Virus record (IMG/VR): IMGVR_UViG_3300023179_005186
Coordinates: 251,723 to 315,722 of that record
DNA length: 64,000 bases
Strand: one strand, 5' to 3'
A model generated the notes under the pieces. The model saw nothing but the letters and a program-made list of their open reading frames with translations. It made no database searches and was not told where the DNA came from. Shown piece after piece: positions 23,332 to 33,046 of the stretch (position 1 is the first letter of the stretch; each line of letters opens with the position of its first letter). The position numbers and the translations under genes were made by a program.

Positions 23332-24333
23332 TTAATTGAATATTTTTATTAATTTTAAACTAACTCTTGCTATAATTTCTGGATTATAACCTCCTTCTAA
23401 TAAAAATATTATTTTTTTATTTTTTGATGTAAAATATTTGGTCATGTATATATAGTCATCATCTGTAAAATTTAATTTATCAAATGGATCATCTTTATGT
23501 GCATCAAGTCCATTTGATATTATTATCAAATCAGTTTGTTCACATATTCTATCTAATAAAGGTACTATTTTATCTTGAAAATATTCTGAAAATATACTAT
23601 ACATTGTTTTATTTACAGGGAAATTGTAAATATTAGATAATCTTTTTTCCTCAGGATTAAATTTATAATCATTACCCGTTCTTGGATAAAAATCATCTGA
23701 ATAATAATGTGTTGATACAAAGAATATATTGTAATTATCTGATGACAATATACAATTTTGTGTACCATTTCCATGATGTAGATCCCAATCAAATATTAAA
23801 ACATTTTTTACTATTGATCTTAATAAAAGTTCTGATGCTAAAATATAAGCATTATTAACAATACAAAAACCTTCATTATTATCAATATATGCATGATGAC
23901 CAGGTGGTCTTATTAATGCATATGCATTTTGATAAATATTATAGTTTTCTATTAAATAATTTAATACTTTTGATACTTGCATTAATTCATTTTGTGTATT
24001 TTCTGTTATTATAGTATCTGGATCATCTTTTAGCATTTTTCTTAATTTTTTATTAAATTCCTTTTTACAATATTTACATTTTTTATCATTTATAAAATTT
24101 TTACTTAAACAATGATTACAAAGAGTAAATTCTGGATTTACAACAAATTTATCTAAATAATCTTTACTATTATATTTATATAAAAGATTCATTGGATTTT
24201 TTATAAATACTTCATTGGAATTTAATGGGATAATACCATTTTTTTCTAAATATTCCACAGGATATTTTATTCTATTAGAATTTTCTAAACTAGCTGTTTC
24301 TATATAGTATATATGTGAATATATCGTTAACAT
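23332..24333 (-). CDS. Zn-dependent histone deacetylase family protein
   Basis: RPPGHHA, GFCIVNN, DWDLHHGNGTQ, FYPRTG, GLDAHKDDP, LEGGY. Confidence 0.93.
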   Translation of the reverse strand: MLTIYSHIYYIETASLENSNRIKYPVEYLEKNGIIPLNSNEVFIKNPMNLLYKYNSKDYLDKFVVNPEFTLCNHCLSKNFINDKKCKYCKKEFNKKLRKMLKDDPDTIITENTQNELMQVSKVLNYLIENYNIYQNAYALIRPPGHHAYIDNNEGFCIVNNAYILASELLLRSIVKNVLIFDWDLHHGNGTQNCILSSDNYNIFFVSTHYYSDDFYPRTGNDYKFNPEEKRLSNIYNFPVNKTMYSIFSEYFQDKIVPLLDRICEQTDLIIISNGLDAHKDDPFDKLNFTDDDYIYMTKYFTSKNKKIIFLLEGGYNPEIIARVSLKLIKIFN

Positions 24334-24656
24334 ATATTAATATTTAATATAATATAATAATTTAATGTTAAATATATTTTTTTCAAAATTTTTTAGTTAT
24401 TACAGTTTTGTCAATTTTATAATTGACAAAAGATAAATATATTTTATCCTATTTTTTATAGTTATATTTACAAATATCATTGTAAATTTATGTTCACAAA
24501 TATTATTAACAAGTTTTTATTTTTATTATTATACAATAAAATATAATTACTTATTGTAATATTTATTAAATGAGTAAATCATTATAGAACCTTATAACTA
24601 TTCTTTACTAATATTATATTATTAATATTTCTTTAAATATTTTTAATATATAAATA

Positions 24657-24664
24657 AAAATTGA
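24657..24664 (+). promoter_or_regulatory. Early promoter AAAATTGA
   Basis: Exact octamer about 35 nt upstream of ATG 24700. Confidence 0.7.
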
Positions 24665-24699
24665 TAAATTAATTAAATATTTTTAAAATATTAAAAAAA

Positions 24700-25242
24700 A
24701 TGGAAAATATTTTATATTATGATTTAATCTGTAAATATTTTGATCAAATATTTGCAGGTAATATTTTATTATGTGGAACAATATTATTATTTTTACATAG
24801 TTTTTTACACCATTTATATCTTTATTTTAATAATGAATTATTTAAGTATTATTTAAAAATAAAAAATGATGATTTATTTTTTTCTGAATTTATAGCAAAT
24901 AATTTAATTATTGCAATAATTGAACAATCATTATTTGTGGTATATTTATCAGAATATTTAAGTATTTCTGAAATTTCTAATAATTTAATTAGAATATTTA
25001 TAAGTATATTGTATTGTATTATACATACAATATTATTTAATTCATTTTATAAATATCAAACAATTTTATTACAATTAATAAATTCATTTTGCATGATGAT
25101 GATTTATCTTAGAACAGAAATTTTATTAGCGTTAATTCTTAATATATACTATAATTTATTATGGGTTATAATTAGTTGTATTGTATACAAATTTTTATTA
25201 ATAAATAAATTTTATGATAATTTATTAGATAGAGATAAATAA
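24700..25242 (+). CDS. Multi-pass membrane protein, possibly a degenerate CPBP/Abi protease
   Basis: Several hydrophobic helices; AIIEQSLF and YCIIH resemble decayed EExxxR and FxxxH motifs. Confidence 0.45.
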   Translation: MENILYYDLICKYFDQIFAGNILLCGTILLFLHSFLHHLYLYFNNELFKYYLKIKNDDLFFSEFIANNLIIAIIEQSLFVVYLSEYLSISEISNNLIRIFISILYCIIHTILFNSFYKYQTILLQLINSFCMMMIYLRTEILLALILNIYYNLLWVIISCIVYKFLLINKFYDNLLDRDK

Positions 25243-25293
25243 TAATTAACAATAAAACTTTTTTTATATAAATTTATATATGTAAAAATAAAT

Positions 25294-26727
25294 ATGAAAA
25301 ATTTTAAATTTAATGTAAATTCAATAATAAGTTTATGGCAAAATCCTAATTATTTAAATATTTTATTAAATTTTTATATAATAGTTAATAAATATTTAAA
25401 TACTGGTATTATTAATGTTTCAGATATAATATTAGATAAAATAGATATGAATAAAATTGAATTTGAAGCTTTTATTATTAAATATATAAATTCACTTAAT
25501 AAAATATTATATAAAAAACCAATGGAATCAATTATTTTATATAGAGGTGAGATAAGATCTGAATTTGATATTAAAATAAATGATATATTATTATATAAAA
25601 ATTTTCATTCAAGTACAGATTCAATATCATTTGCATTTAATTTTAGTAAGTATTCTAATTTAGAAACAGATTTTTCAAAAATAAGATTACTATTAGTTTT
25701 AAAAATTCCAAATGGATTTAATTATATTAAATTAAATAAACCTTTAATAAACTATAATGAAAAAAGTAAAATTACAGATTATTATAATGAATATGAATAT
25801 CTAATACCACCCAATTGTTATTATCAGGTGACTAATGTAGTTAAATTAGCAAATAACGTTAGATTAGTCAAAGCGATATTAATTAAACAAGAAAAATATA
25901 TTATTCCAGAAATTAAAGCTTATAATGGTGATTTAACAGAAAATAAAGTAAAAAATAATTTTTATATACCTACACAACCATCATTAAAAAATTTAAATGA
26001 TTTTAAGGATTTACATACTAATAATTTTATTTCACAATTTTATGAATATTATAAGTATCTAGAAATTTTAGATAATTTAAAAGATTATCATATACCAAAT
26101 ATTTTATTTAAAATGTTATCTAATCCATTATACTCAAATTTTTTTAATCTAAATATTTCTATAATTTTAGAATATGGTAATAAAATTAATGATGATAACT
26201 TTTTTTATATAATGCATACTTTAAAACAACTAGGATTTCCATATAAAAAAAAAGATCTGATAAAACCTCAAATATATATTAAAACATTAAAGGCATTAGC
26301 AAACTCAAATATTTCATCATTAAATTATATTAACAATATGAAAGTTTTTTATTCTGAATATAATAATATTAGTAACGAAAAACCTAAATTTATTAAATTA
26401 TTAGATGAAAAACCAGAAGGAATTTATAAATATATATTAGAATGTTCAGTAATTCCTGAATGTAATTATTATGATTGTGTAATAAATGATATTTATCCAA
26501 ATTTAACTTTGGAAAAAAATAATAAAAAAACTTTAATTTATATAAAATATATTGTTGAATTTGAACTAAATAATATTAAAATAGCTATTTCAGATGAAAG
26601 TAAAAATATGTTTATTGATAAAGTATTACTTATACCTAATTTTACATACAAAGTTATTTCTAAAGTTAAATCAAAAAATAAATTTAATAAAGAGATTATT
26701 ATTTATAAAATTATTTTAGAAGAATAG
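25294..26727 (+). CDS. R-S-E clade ADP-ribosyltransferase (VIP2/C3-like) with a second degenerate domain
   Basis: ILYRGE, KNFHSSTDS, EYEYLIPP; the C-terminal half echoes this (VFYSE...KVLLIPNFTYKV). Confidence 0.75.
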   Translation: MKNFKFNVNSIISLWQNPNYLNILLNFYIIVNKYLNTGIINVSDIILDKIDMNKIEFEAFIIKYINSLNKILYKKPMESIILYRGEIRSEFDIKINDILLYKNFHSSTDSISFAFNFSKYSNLETDFSKIRLLLVLKIPNGFNYIKLNKPLINYNEKSKITDYYNEYEYLIPPNCYYQVTNVVKLANNVRLVKAILIKQEKYIIPEIKAYNGDLTENKVKNNFYIPTQPSLKNLNDFKDLHTNNFISQFYEYYKYLEILDNLKDYHIPNILFKMLSNPLYSNFFNLNISIILEYGNKINDDNFFYIMHTLKQLGFPYKKKDLIKPQIYIKTLKALANSNISSLNYINNMKVFYSEYNNISNEKPKFIKLLDEKPEGIYKYILECSVIPECNYYDCVINDIYPNLTLEKNNKKTLIYIKYIVEFELNNIKIAISDESKNMFIDKVLLIPNFTYKVISKVKSKNKFNKEIIIYKIILEE

Positions 26728-26740
26728 TTGCTGTATTTGA

Positions 26741-27106
26741 TTAATTATCAAAATTTTCATAATCATCATTTAATTTATTATTATAAAGTGAATTCATGCG
26801 AATAGCACAGGGACATACAAATCCTTCTTTTATTTTTTCTGAATTAATTTCAGGAATTACTGTATTACATTTTTTTTCATAATAATTAGATTTCAAATCA
26901 GGCATACCAAAACCTTCAATTTGACCACATTTTTTTTCATAATAATTAGATTTCAAATCAGGCATACCAAAACCTTCAATTTGACCACATTTTTTTTCAT
27001 AATAATTAGATTTTAAATCAGGCATACCAAAATTCTCTTTGCTATCTAATAAATAAATTATAATAACAATTACTAAAAGCCATAATATTAAAGCATTTTT
27101 ATCCAT
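26741..27106 (-). CDS. Small membrane-anchored protein with 20-aa tandem repeats
   Basis: N-terminal TM, KENF, three copies of FGMPDLKSNYYEKKC. Confidence 0.75.
   Translation of the reverse strand: MDKNALILWLLVIVIIIYLLDSKENFGMPDLKSNYYEKKCGQIEGFGMPDLKSNYYEKKCGQIEGFGMPDLKSNYYEKKCNTVIPEINSEKIKEGFVCPCAIRMNSLYNNKLNDDYENFDN
26867..27032. repeat. 60-bp coding tandem repeat, about 2.8 copies
   Basis: The 60-mers starting at 26881 and 26941 are identical; the third copy differs by one synonymous base at 27014. Confidence 0.95.
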
Positions 27107-27182
27107 AATAATTCTATTATATATATAAATAAATCATAAATAAAAAAATAATAAATTATATCTTTTTTTAATTTTGATATAA

Positions 27183-28194
27183 TTATACATGTTCATTTTT
27201 AAATAATCTTTCTAAAAACTTATCTTTATTTCTATCTTCATTCATATAAATATTTATTATTTCAGCTGGTGAATAAAAATCTTCTTGTATATTTTGTAAT
27301 TTTTCTATTTCAATAATTTCGTTAAATAAATTTGTATACATTTCTTTTATAATTTGACGTGATGTATTTGATAATTCAAGTGTAATATCAATTCTTCCTG
27401 GTCTAATTAAAGCAGGATCTAAATCATAATAATGATTAGAGGAAATTATCATTATTCTACCAGGAGTTTCACGTATACCATCCCATAAATTTAAAATATC
27501 ATCTAAAGTTATTGGTTCATCTTCATTTAAAATTCTTGGAATTTTGTATTCTTTATCAATATCTTTTTCTGTAACAGCAATTGTTTCTAATAAATCGCCG
27601 ATATTTATATTTGAGGTATTAGATAATTCATCAAAATCTAATTTTTTTCCAAATCCAAAAGTATTTTTATTTTTTTGTTTTTCTCTGTCTAAAACAATAT
27701 CACCTATACAATCTATATCTTCAAAAACAATAATTTTTTTATCAAACCCAATACTATTTTTTTTATTATCTAAATTATAACGTTCTTCAAAAAATATACT
27801 ATCTAATTGTTTCTTTGTTTTTATTAGTTTTAATGAAATAACAATAATATGTCGATTTGTATAATTTGCAATTGCTTTTATTAAAGATGTTTTACCTGTA
27901 CCAGGAGGTCCATGTAAACCAATTCCAATTGAATATGGAATTCCTTTTTCATAATACCAATTCTTATTATTTAGAAAAAAATCTATTTTATCAATCAATT
28001 TGTCTTTATCTTTAAAAAAAATATTACTAAATTTTCTAGTACTTGAAAATATATTTTCATCCCATATTTCATATTTGTTTTCATCATGTTTAACTTTAGT
28101 TAATGTATAAATAAAATTTTTATTATCTCTAAATTCATCTATTGATGCTAAATAATTATTAGTTATATTTTCAACATATTCTTTAATTGTATTA
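27183..28194 (-). pseudogene. 3' part of a BCS1-like AAA ATPase interrupted by transposon 1
   Basis: [40 protein letters not shown]; frame open from 28193 into ORF 27183-27998. Confidence 0.9.
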
Positions 28195-28219
28195 CACCCA
28201 TTTACAAAAAAATGGGACA
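28195..28219 (+). repeat. Left TIR of element 1
   Basis: CACCCATTTACAAAAAAATGGGACA, inverted match to 32255-32279. Confidence 0.93.
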
Positions 28220-28222
28220 GTT

Positions 28223-29131
28223 TTATTTATGTTTTTTTAAAAATTCATTTGCTCTTAAAAACAAATAATTAATATAATTTTCTAAATGTTCTTTTTTAAT
28301 ATCATTTTTTATTATTTCTTTAGTATCTCTAATTATTTCCAAATAATTTTGAGGACTTTTTAATTTTAAATAATGTTTTAATTGATTAAATAAACCCTCA
28401 ATCGGATTTGTATTAGGTCTATATCTTACACTATACAAATAATTATTTTCCGTCTCTTCTATTTTACTTTTCACTTCTTTTGATTTATGAAATATTGCAT
28501 TATCTAATATTATTACATGATTTTTATATTTATCTTCTATAAATTCCTCAATAAAACTTATAAATTTTTCTTTATTTATTCCTCCTGTTTCTTCATAAAT
28601 TTTTATTCCTATTATTTTTCCATATTTTATTGCACATAAACAATTATATTTTTTATATGGATATAAACCAGTATTATAATATGCTCTTCTTCCTTTATCA
28701 TTTCTTCCATGTTCTCTAACCATATTTACATAAATTGCTGTTTCATCTATTGATATTATTTTATCTTTTGAATGTTTAATAAGTATTTTATAAAATGTTT
28801 TTAATTCTTGTATTTCATTACCTTTTGATGGAAAATATCTATGTCTTAATTTTTTATATGTTATATTTAGTTCTTTTGCTAATTGTTTTAATGTTACATT
28901 TGGATGTTCTTTTATATGTTGTTTTATAAATTTTTTTTGTTCTTCATTAAATATAATTTTCTTTTTACTATGTTTTTTTTCTAAATTGTTAGTTTTACTA
29001 TATTTATCAACCCACCTATTTAATGATGATTTTGAGCATTTAAAAATATCACAAGTTTTTCTATAACTTTGATTATCTAAATAATATTTTACTGCTGTTA
29101 ATTTATAATCTATAGAATGATGACTACTCAT
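28223..29131 (-). CDS. IS630/Tc1-like DD34E transposase (apparently missing about 20 aa of the second HTH)
   Basis: N-terminal HTH, ISIDET, ILDNA, 34 residues, NPIE. Confidence 0.92.
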   Translation of the reverse strand: MSSHHSIDYKLTAVKYYLDNQSYRKTCDIFKCSKSSLNRWVDKYSKTNNLEKKHSKKKIIFNEEQKKFIKQHIKEHPNVTLKQLAKELNITYKKLRHRYFPSKGNEIQELKTFYKILIKHSKDKIISIDETAIYVNMVREHGRNDKGRRAYYNTGLYPYKKYNCLCAIKYGKIIGIKIYEETGGINKEKFISFIEEFIEDKYKNHVIILDNAIFHKSKEVKSKIEETENNYLYSVRYRPNTNPIEGLFNQLKHYLKLKSPQNYLEIIRDTKEIIKNDIKKEHLENYINYLFLRANEFLKKHK

Positions 29132-29152
29132 ATATATAAATAATTTTATAAA

Positions 29153-29160
29153 AAAATTGA
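29153..29160 (+). promoter_or_regulatory. Early promoter AAAATTGA inside element 1
   Basis: Exact octamer 50 nt upstream of ATG 29211. Confidence 0.65.
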
Positions 29161-29210
29161 AAAACAGTTATAATAAATACTAAAATCATTAAAAAAAATA
29201 ATACTTAAAA

Positions 29211-29505
29211 ATGAGTTCAATTACTGAAGAAATACAACAATTACAAATAAAATTAAATGAATTAGAAAAGCAAAAAAAAAGAAAATGAAGAAAATAATAA
29301 AAAAACATCTATTAGTTATAATTTTGAAGTTATTAACAATTTATTAAATGAAAAGAAAATAGCAATTACAAATAATAGATATTCAAAATCTGTTCCATTA
29401 GCAAGATATTATGATCAAGAATTAGTTACACATCTTGAAGCAATTTATAATATACTGCAAGTTTTTAATGAGAGATTAGATAAATTAGAAAATAATAATA
29501 AATAA
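29211..29505 (+). pseudogene. Small coiled-coil cargo gene (about 97 aa) broken by a frameshift in an A9 tract; absent from the ORF track
   Basis: MSSITEEIQQLQIKLNELEKQKK, A9 at 29272-29280, continues in the +1 frame as ENEENNKK...RLDKLENNNK*. Confidence 0.7.
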
Positions 29506-29547
29506 TTTTAAACATTATTAAATTTAAAATAAATTTTTATAACAAAT

Positions 29548-29898
29548 TTATTTATGTCTAATTTGATTTATTTTATGCCTGTCAGTGATTAAATGACGTT
29601 CAAATAAATCTTTTGATATTGAACCATAATCACATATTTTACAATAATGTTTAAATCCTTTTTCTCTTTCTTCTAAAGTTGAATGTTCATTTAATATGTG
29701 TTGTTCTAAAATTAATCTATTTTTGGTTTTATAATCACATTTATCACATTTAGTAGGTTCTTTACAATCAGTTCTCTTTTTTCTTTGTCCTGTTTTATGT
29801 AATTCGGTTTTTATATGTGCTTCCCATCGTGCTTTTGTATTACATTTAAAATTACATTTTTCACAATTATATTTTATTTTTTTTTCATTATTTTCCAT
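29548..29898 (-). CDS. C2H2 zinc-finger protein (three fingers), element 1 cargo
   Basis: CEKC...HIKTELH, CDKC...HILNEH, CKIC...HLITDRH. Confidence 0.88.
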   Translation of the reverse strand: MENNEKKIKYNCEKCNFKCNTKARWEAHIKTELHKTGQRKKRTDCKEPTKCDKCDYKTKNRLILEQHILNEHSTLEEREKGFKHYCKICDYGSISKDLFERHLITDRHKINQIRHK

Positions 29899-30031
29899 TT
29901 AAATATATAAATTATATAAATATATTTTTAAATAAAATTTATAAATATATATTTTAACAGAAAATAAAATATTATAGTTTATTTAAATTGAAAATGATTT
30001 AAAAATTTATTTTTATCTAATATTATAATAT

Positions 30032-32221
30032 ATGAGTATTCCAAAAAAACCACCCGATAAATTTATCACCATTAAATATGTTTTGGATAAAATTATTATT
30101 AACGATAAACCTGATTGTGAATTAAAAAAAGATGATATTAAAACTATTTTAAATGATACTTGTTTTAGAACAAATCAAATTGTTATTCATACTTATCAAT
30201 TTTTAAGATTATGGATTTTAAATAAATATCATAATAAATTAGATATTCCTATTATCACAGAGGAGCTTATTAAAATGGTTATGAATACATTATCTATTAA
30301 AGATAATAGAGGTAATAAACCTACTGATGAAAATTTAATATTATTAAACGAATTTAATAAATTTTATGAAGAACATTATAAAAATTTAAATTATGAAAAT
30401 AAAATTAACAGTTCATATTTATCCCAAATAATTAATTCAATGGCTACTGATATACTTACCAACATTGAAAATAATATTAAAATGCATTTTTTAAAATATG
30501 TTAATAGATTTGTTAATTCATCATTTAAGAAAATAAATAATAATTTATTGGAAAAAGCAAAAGAAGGAACAAAAACAAAATTAAGAAAAGAATTAAATAA
30601 AGATCTATATGAAATTAAACAAGATTTAATTAATAATACATTGAAATCAAATGAAAAATATCATAAATGGATTAATTCCCATAGAGACAACATATTTCAT
30701 AAAGATTTTGTTAATTCCTATGAATTTGATATTCAAAATAATCCACAACGATATTTAAAATCAATGATTTATATGTGCGAACAAATAGAAAAATTAGAAA
30801 CAAAATCATTCCAGTTCTTTCCATTAAGAACAGATATTATAAACAAATTTATTCCGATTGACACCAAAAGTTTAATTGAATTATTTATTAAAAAAGATAA
30901 AGCAAAATATTTAGATGATGTTGAATCATATAAAGAACCTGTATGGTCTATGTTATTTGATATAAATAAAGATATGTTTAAACAATCAAATTATATATTT
31001 GATTATAAAATATATACAGATGGTTATTCGGTATCAATTCAAATGTTATTAAATGATAAAGTTAAAGATGAAAAACAAAAAAAACAAAATATGAAAAATA
31101 AAAGAAAAGAAAATAAAGAATTAACAAAAAATATGACTGAAGAACAAAAAACAGAATTTAAAAAGAAATGCGAGGAACAAAAGAAAAAACAAGATAAAGA
31201 GTTTAAATTAAAGTTAAAAGAGCAAAAAGATAAAGAGAAAGAAGAATTTAAAAAATTACCAAAAGAAGAACAAAATAAGATATTAGAAAAGAGAAAACAA
31301 GAAATTAAGGAAGCGAAAATATTAAATGGAACAGACTTTTTATATTTGGAAGATTTAAATGATAAACAATTAGAAGAAGTTAAAAATAATAATTTTTTAT
31401 GTTGCGATCCTGGAAAGAATACCTTACTCCATATGAAAGATAAAAATGGTAAAAAATACAGATATACAAACAGAAAGCATGCTAAATTAACTAAAAGATT
31501 AAAATATCAAAGACTTATTCAAAATTATAAAGATAAAAATGATATATCAAAAGTTGAAAATGAATTAACTAAATATAACTCAAGAACTTGTGATTTAAAT
31601 AAATTTAAAGAATTTATTAAAAATAAAAACAAAATTAATGCTATGTTATTTGAAAAGTATAATAAAGAAATATTTAGAAAATATAAATGGTATGGTTTTT
31701 TAAATAGAAAACACACAGAAACTAAAATGATAAAAGAAATTAAAAATACATTTGGTAAAAATTCAATAATATTTTATGGTGATTTTGGATTTAAAACAAA
31801 TTGTCATAAAGGTAATATATCAACACCAAATAATAGATTAAAAAGATTAATTGGAAAACAAATGAAATTATATAATTTAGATGAATTTAGAACCTCAAAA
31901 TTAAATTATAAAACAGAAGAAGTGTGTGAAAATTTATATTTACTAGATTTAAAAGGAAAGTCAAGAAAATTACATTCAGTTTTAACATATAAAATGGAAA
32001 ACAAACAAATTGGATGTATAAATCGTGATGAGAATGCGGTAAATAACATGATAAAAATAGTAAATCATTATCTGAATAAAAAAGAGAGATTATTAAAATA
32101 TCGAAGGGATTATGATTTAGAGAAAGGCGAATTAAAAGCTGAAACCAAACAAAAGGTGATAACCTCCATCAAAAATGACACTAAAAATCGGGAGGTCAAG
32201 TATCAACCATGCTCGAAATGA
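30032..32221 (+). CDS. Fanzor (TnpB-like) RNA-guided RuvC endonuclease
   Basis: TDGYSVS, RuvC-I CCDPG, YGDF, RuvC-II DEFRTSK, RuvC-III NRDENAVNNM; located next to the right TIR. Confidence 0.92.
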   Translation: MSIPKKPPDKFITIKYVLDKIIINDKPDCELKKDDIKTILNDTCFRTNQIVIHTYQFLRLWILNKYHNKLDIPIITEELIKMVMNTLSIKDNRGNKPTDENLILLNEFNKFYEEHYKNLNYENKINSSYLSQIINSMATDILTNIENNIKMHFLKYVNRFVNSSFKKINNNLLEKAKEGTKTKLRKELNKDLYEIKQDLINNTLKSNEKYHKWINSHRDNIFHKDFVNSYEFDIQNNPQRYLKSMIYMCEQIEKLETKSFQFFPLRTDIINKFIPIDTKSLIELFIKKDKAKYLDDVESYKEPVWSMLFDINKDMFKQSNYIFDYKIYTDGYSVSIQMLLNDKVKDEKQKKQNMKNKRKENKELTKNMTEEQKTEFKKKCEEQKKKQDKEFKLKLKEQKDKEKEEFKKLPKEEQNKILEKRKQEIKEAKILNGTDFLYLEDLNDKQLEEVKNNNFLCCDPGKNTLLHMKDKNGKKYRYTNRKHAKLTKRLKYQRLIQNYKDKNDISKVENELTKYNSRTCDLNKFKEFIKNKNKINAMLFEKYNKEIFRKYKWYGFLNRKHTETKMIKEIKNTFGKNSIIFYGDFGFKTNCHKGNISTPNNRLKRLIGKQMKLYNLDEFRTSKLNYKTEEVCENLYLLDLKGKSRKLHSVLTYKMENKQIGCINRDENAVNNMIKIVNHYLNKKERLLKYRRDYDLEKGELKAETKQKVITSIKNDTKNREVKYQPCSK

Positions 32222-32296
32222 GTGCAATTATACCTTTAATTTACAAAAAAAGAGTGTCCCAATTTTTTGTAAATGGGTGTAATATCACTTTTATAA
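32150..32296 (+). ncRNA. Putative omegaRNA of element 1 (scaffold to 32279, guide from the flank); boundaries approximate
   Basis: Stems 32152-57/32232-37, 32162-67/32191-96, 32211-14/32220-23 and 32239-50/32263-74; loop-loop pair GACACT/AGTGTC. Confidence 0.7.
32255..32279 (-). repeat. Right TIR of element 1
   Basis: TGTCCCAATTTTTTGTAAATGGGTG followed by TA. Confidence 0.93.
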
Positions 32297-32835
32297 GAAA
32301 ATAGTTGTATAATAATTTTTTCTATTCTATTTTTTTTAGATTTATTATCATCATCAATTTCATTATTTATAATTGTTAAAGCATATATTTGATGTTTTTT
32401 TGAAATTAAAAATTTTTTATTTTGAACTACCATATAAATACCAAAATCTCTTTTATTTTTATTTATATAATTATCAAAGGAATATTCCTTAATATGTTTT
32501 ATGGTTTGATTATCACTTAAATTATTCATAATATTTATCCATAATGCTTTGAATCTATTACTAAAAGAATTTGTTTGATTTAGATTATTATCATAATAAG
32601 TTGTGGTTAAAGCTATTTTTCCTTCATATTCAACTATATTTTTATTATAAAAATATAGTTCATAGTCACATGTTTTTATAAAACTAATAAATTTATCAAC
32701 ATTATCTTTAATATATTGAAAAAAATATGAAAATATTGTTAATACAATAGTAGTTACAAATACATCAATTACTGGTATACCAATTTTAAATTTATCATAT
32801 AATATCATATTAAGAATTTTTTCTAATTGAATCAT
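32280..32835 (-). pseudogene. 5' part of the BCS1-like AAA ATPase (the ORF-track tail TPIYKKLGHSFFVN is read from the TIR)
   Basis: N-terminal TM; ...YKSDI joins in frame to NTIKEYVENI at 28193, giving 521 aa in total. Confidence 0.88.
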
Positions 32836-32878
32836 ACTTTACATACAATAAATAATGTATTAATCTTTATATTTAATT

Positions 32879-33046
32879 TTAATCAATTGGAAAATTTTTA
32901 CATTTTGTATAATCGGGTCGATAATCATTACAATTACCATCTTCATTATAAATTTGATTAACATAAATAAAACCTTCTTTAGTATTTAATATTTTTATAA
33001 TAATAAGAATTAACAATAATAAAATAATAATATTATCTTTATCCAT
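32879..33046 (-). CDS. 55-aa TM peptide with a KEGF motif; absent from the ORF track
   Basis: MDKDNIIILLLLILIIIKILNTKEGF...C...C...*, same design as the N-terminus of 26741-27106. Confidence 0.6.
   Translation of the reverse strand: MDKDNIIILLLLILIIIKILNTKEGFIYVNQIYNEDGNCNDYRPDYTKCKNFPID

Larger units (their letters stand above)
28195..32279. mobile_element. IS630/Tc1-mariner transposon carrying Fanzor (element 1, 4085 bp)
   Basis: 25-bp TIRs with 1 mismatch; TA duplication at 28193-94 and 32280-81; DD34E transposase; Fanzor; removal restores the host ORF. Confidence 0.95.

Noticed and set aside
26867-27032. Direct repeats as a CRISPR-like array
   Set aside because: The units are contiguous identical 60-mers with no spacers and lie in frame within a gene.
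28195-32279. Insertion as a self-splicing or spliceosomal intron in the ATPase gene
   Set aside because: It is bounded by TIRs and a TA duplication, has no GT-AG ends on the host strand and no recognisable group I/II core. RT-PCR would be needed to exclude splicing fully.
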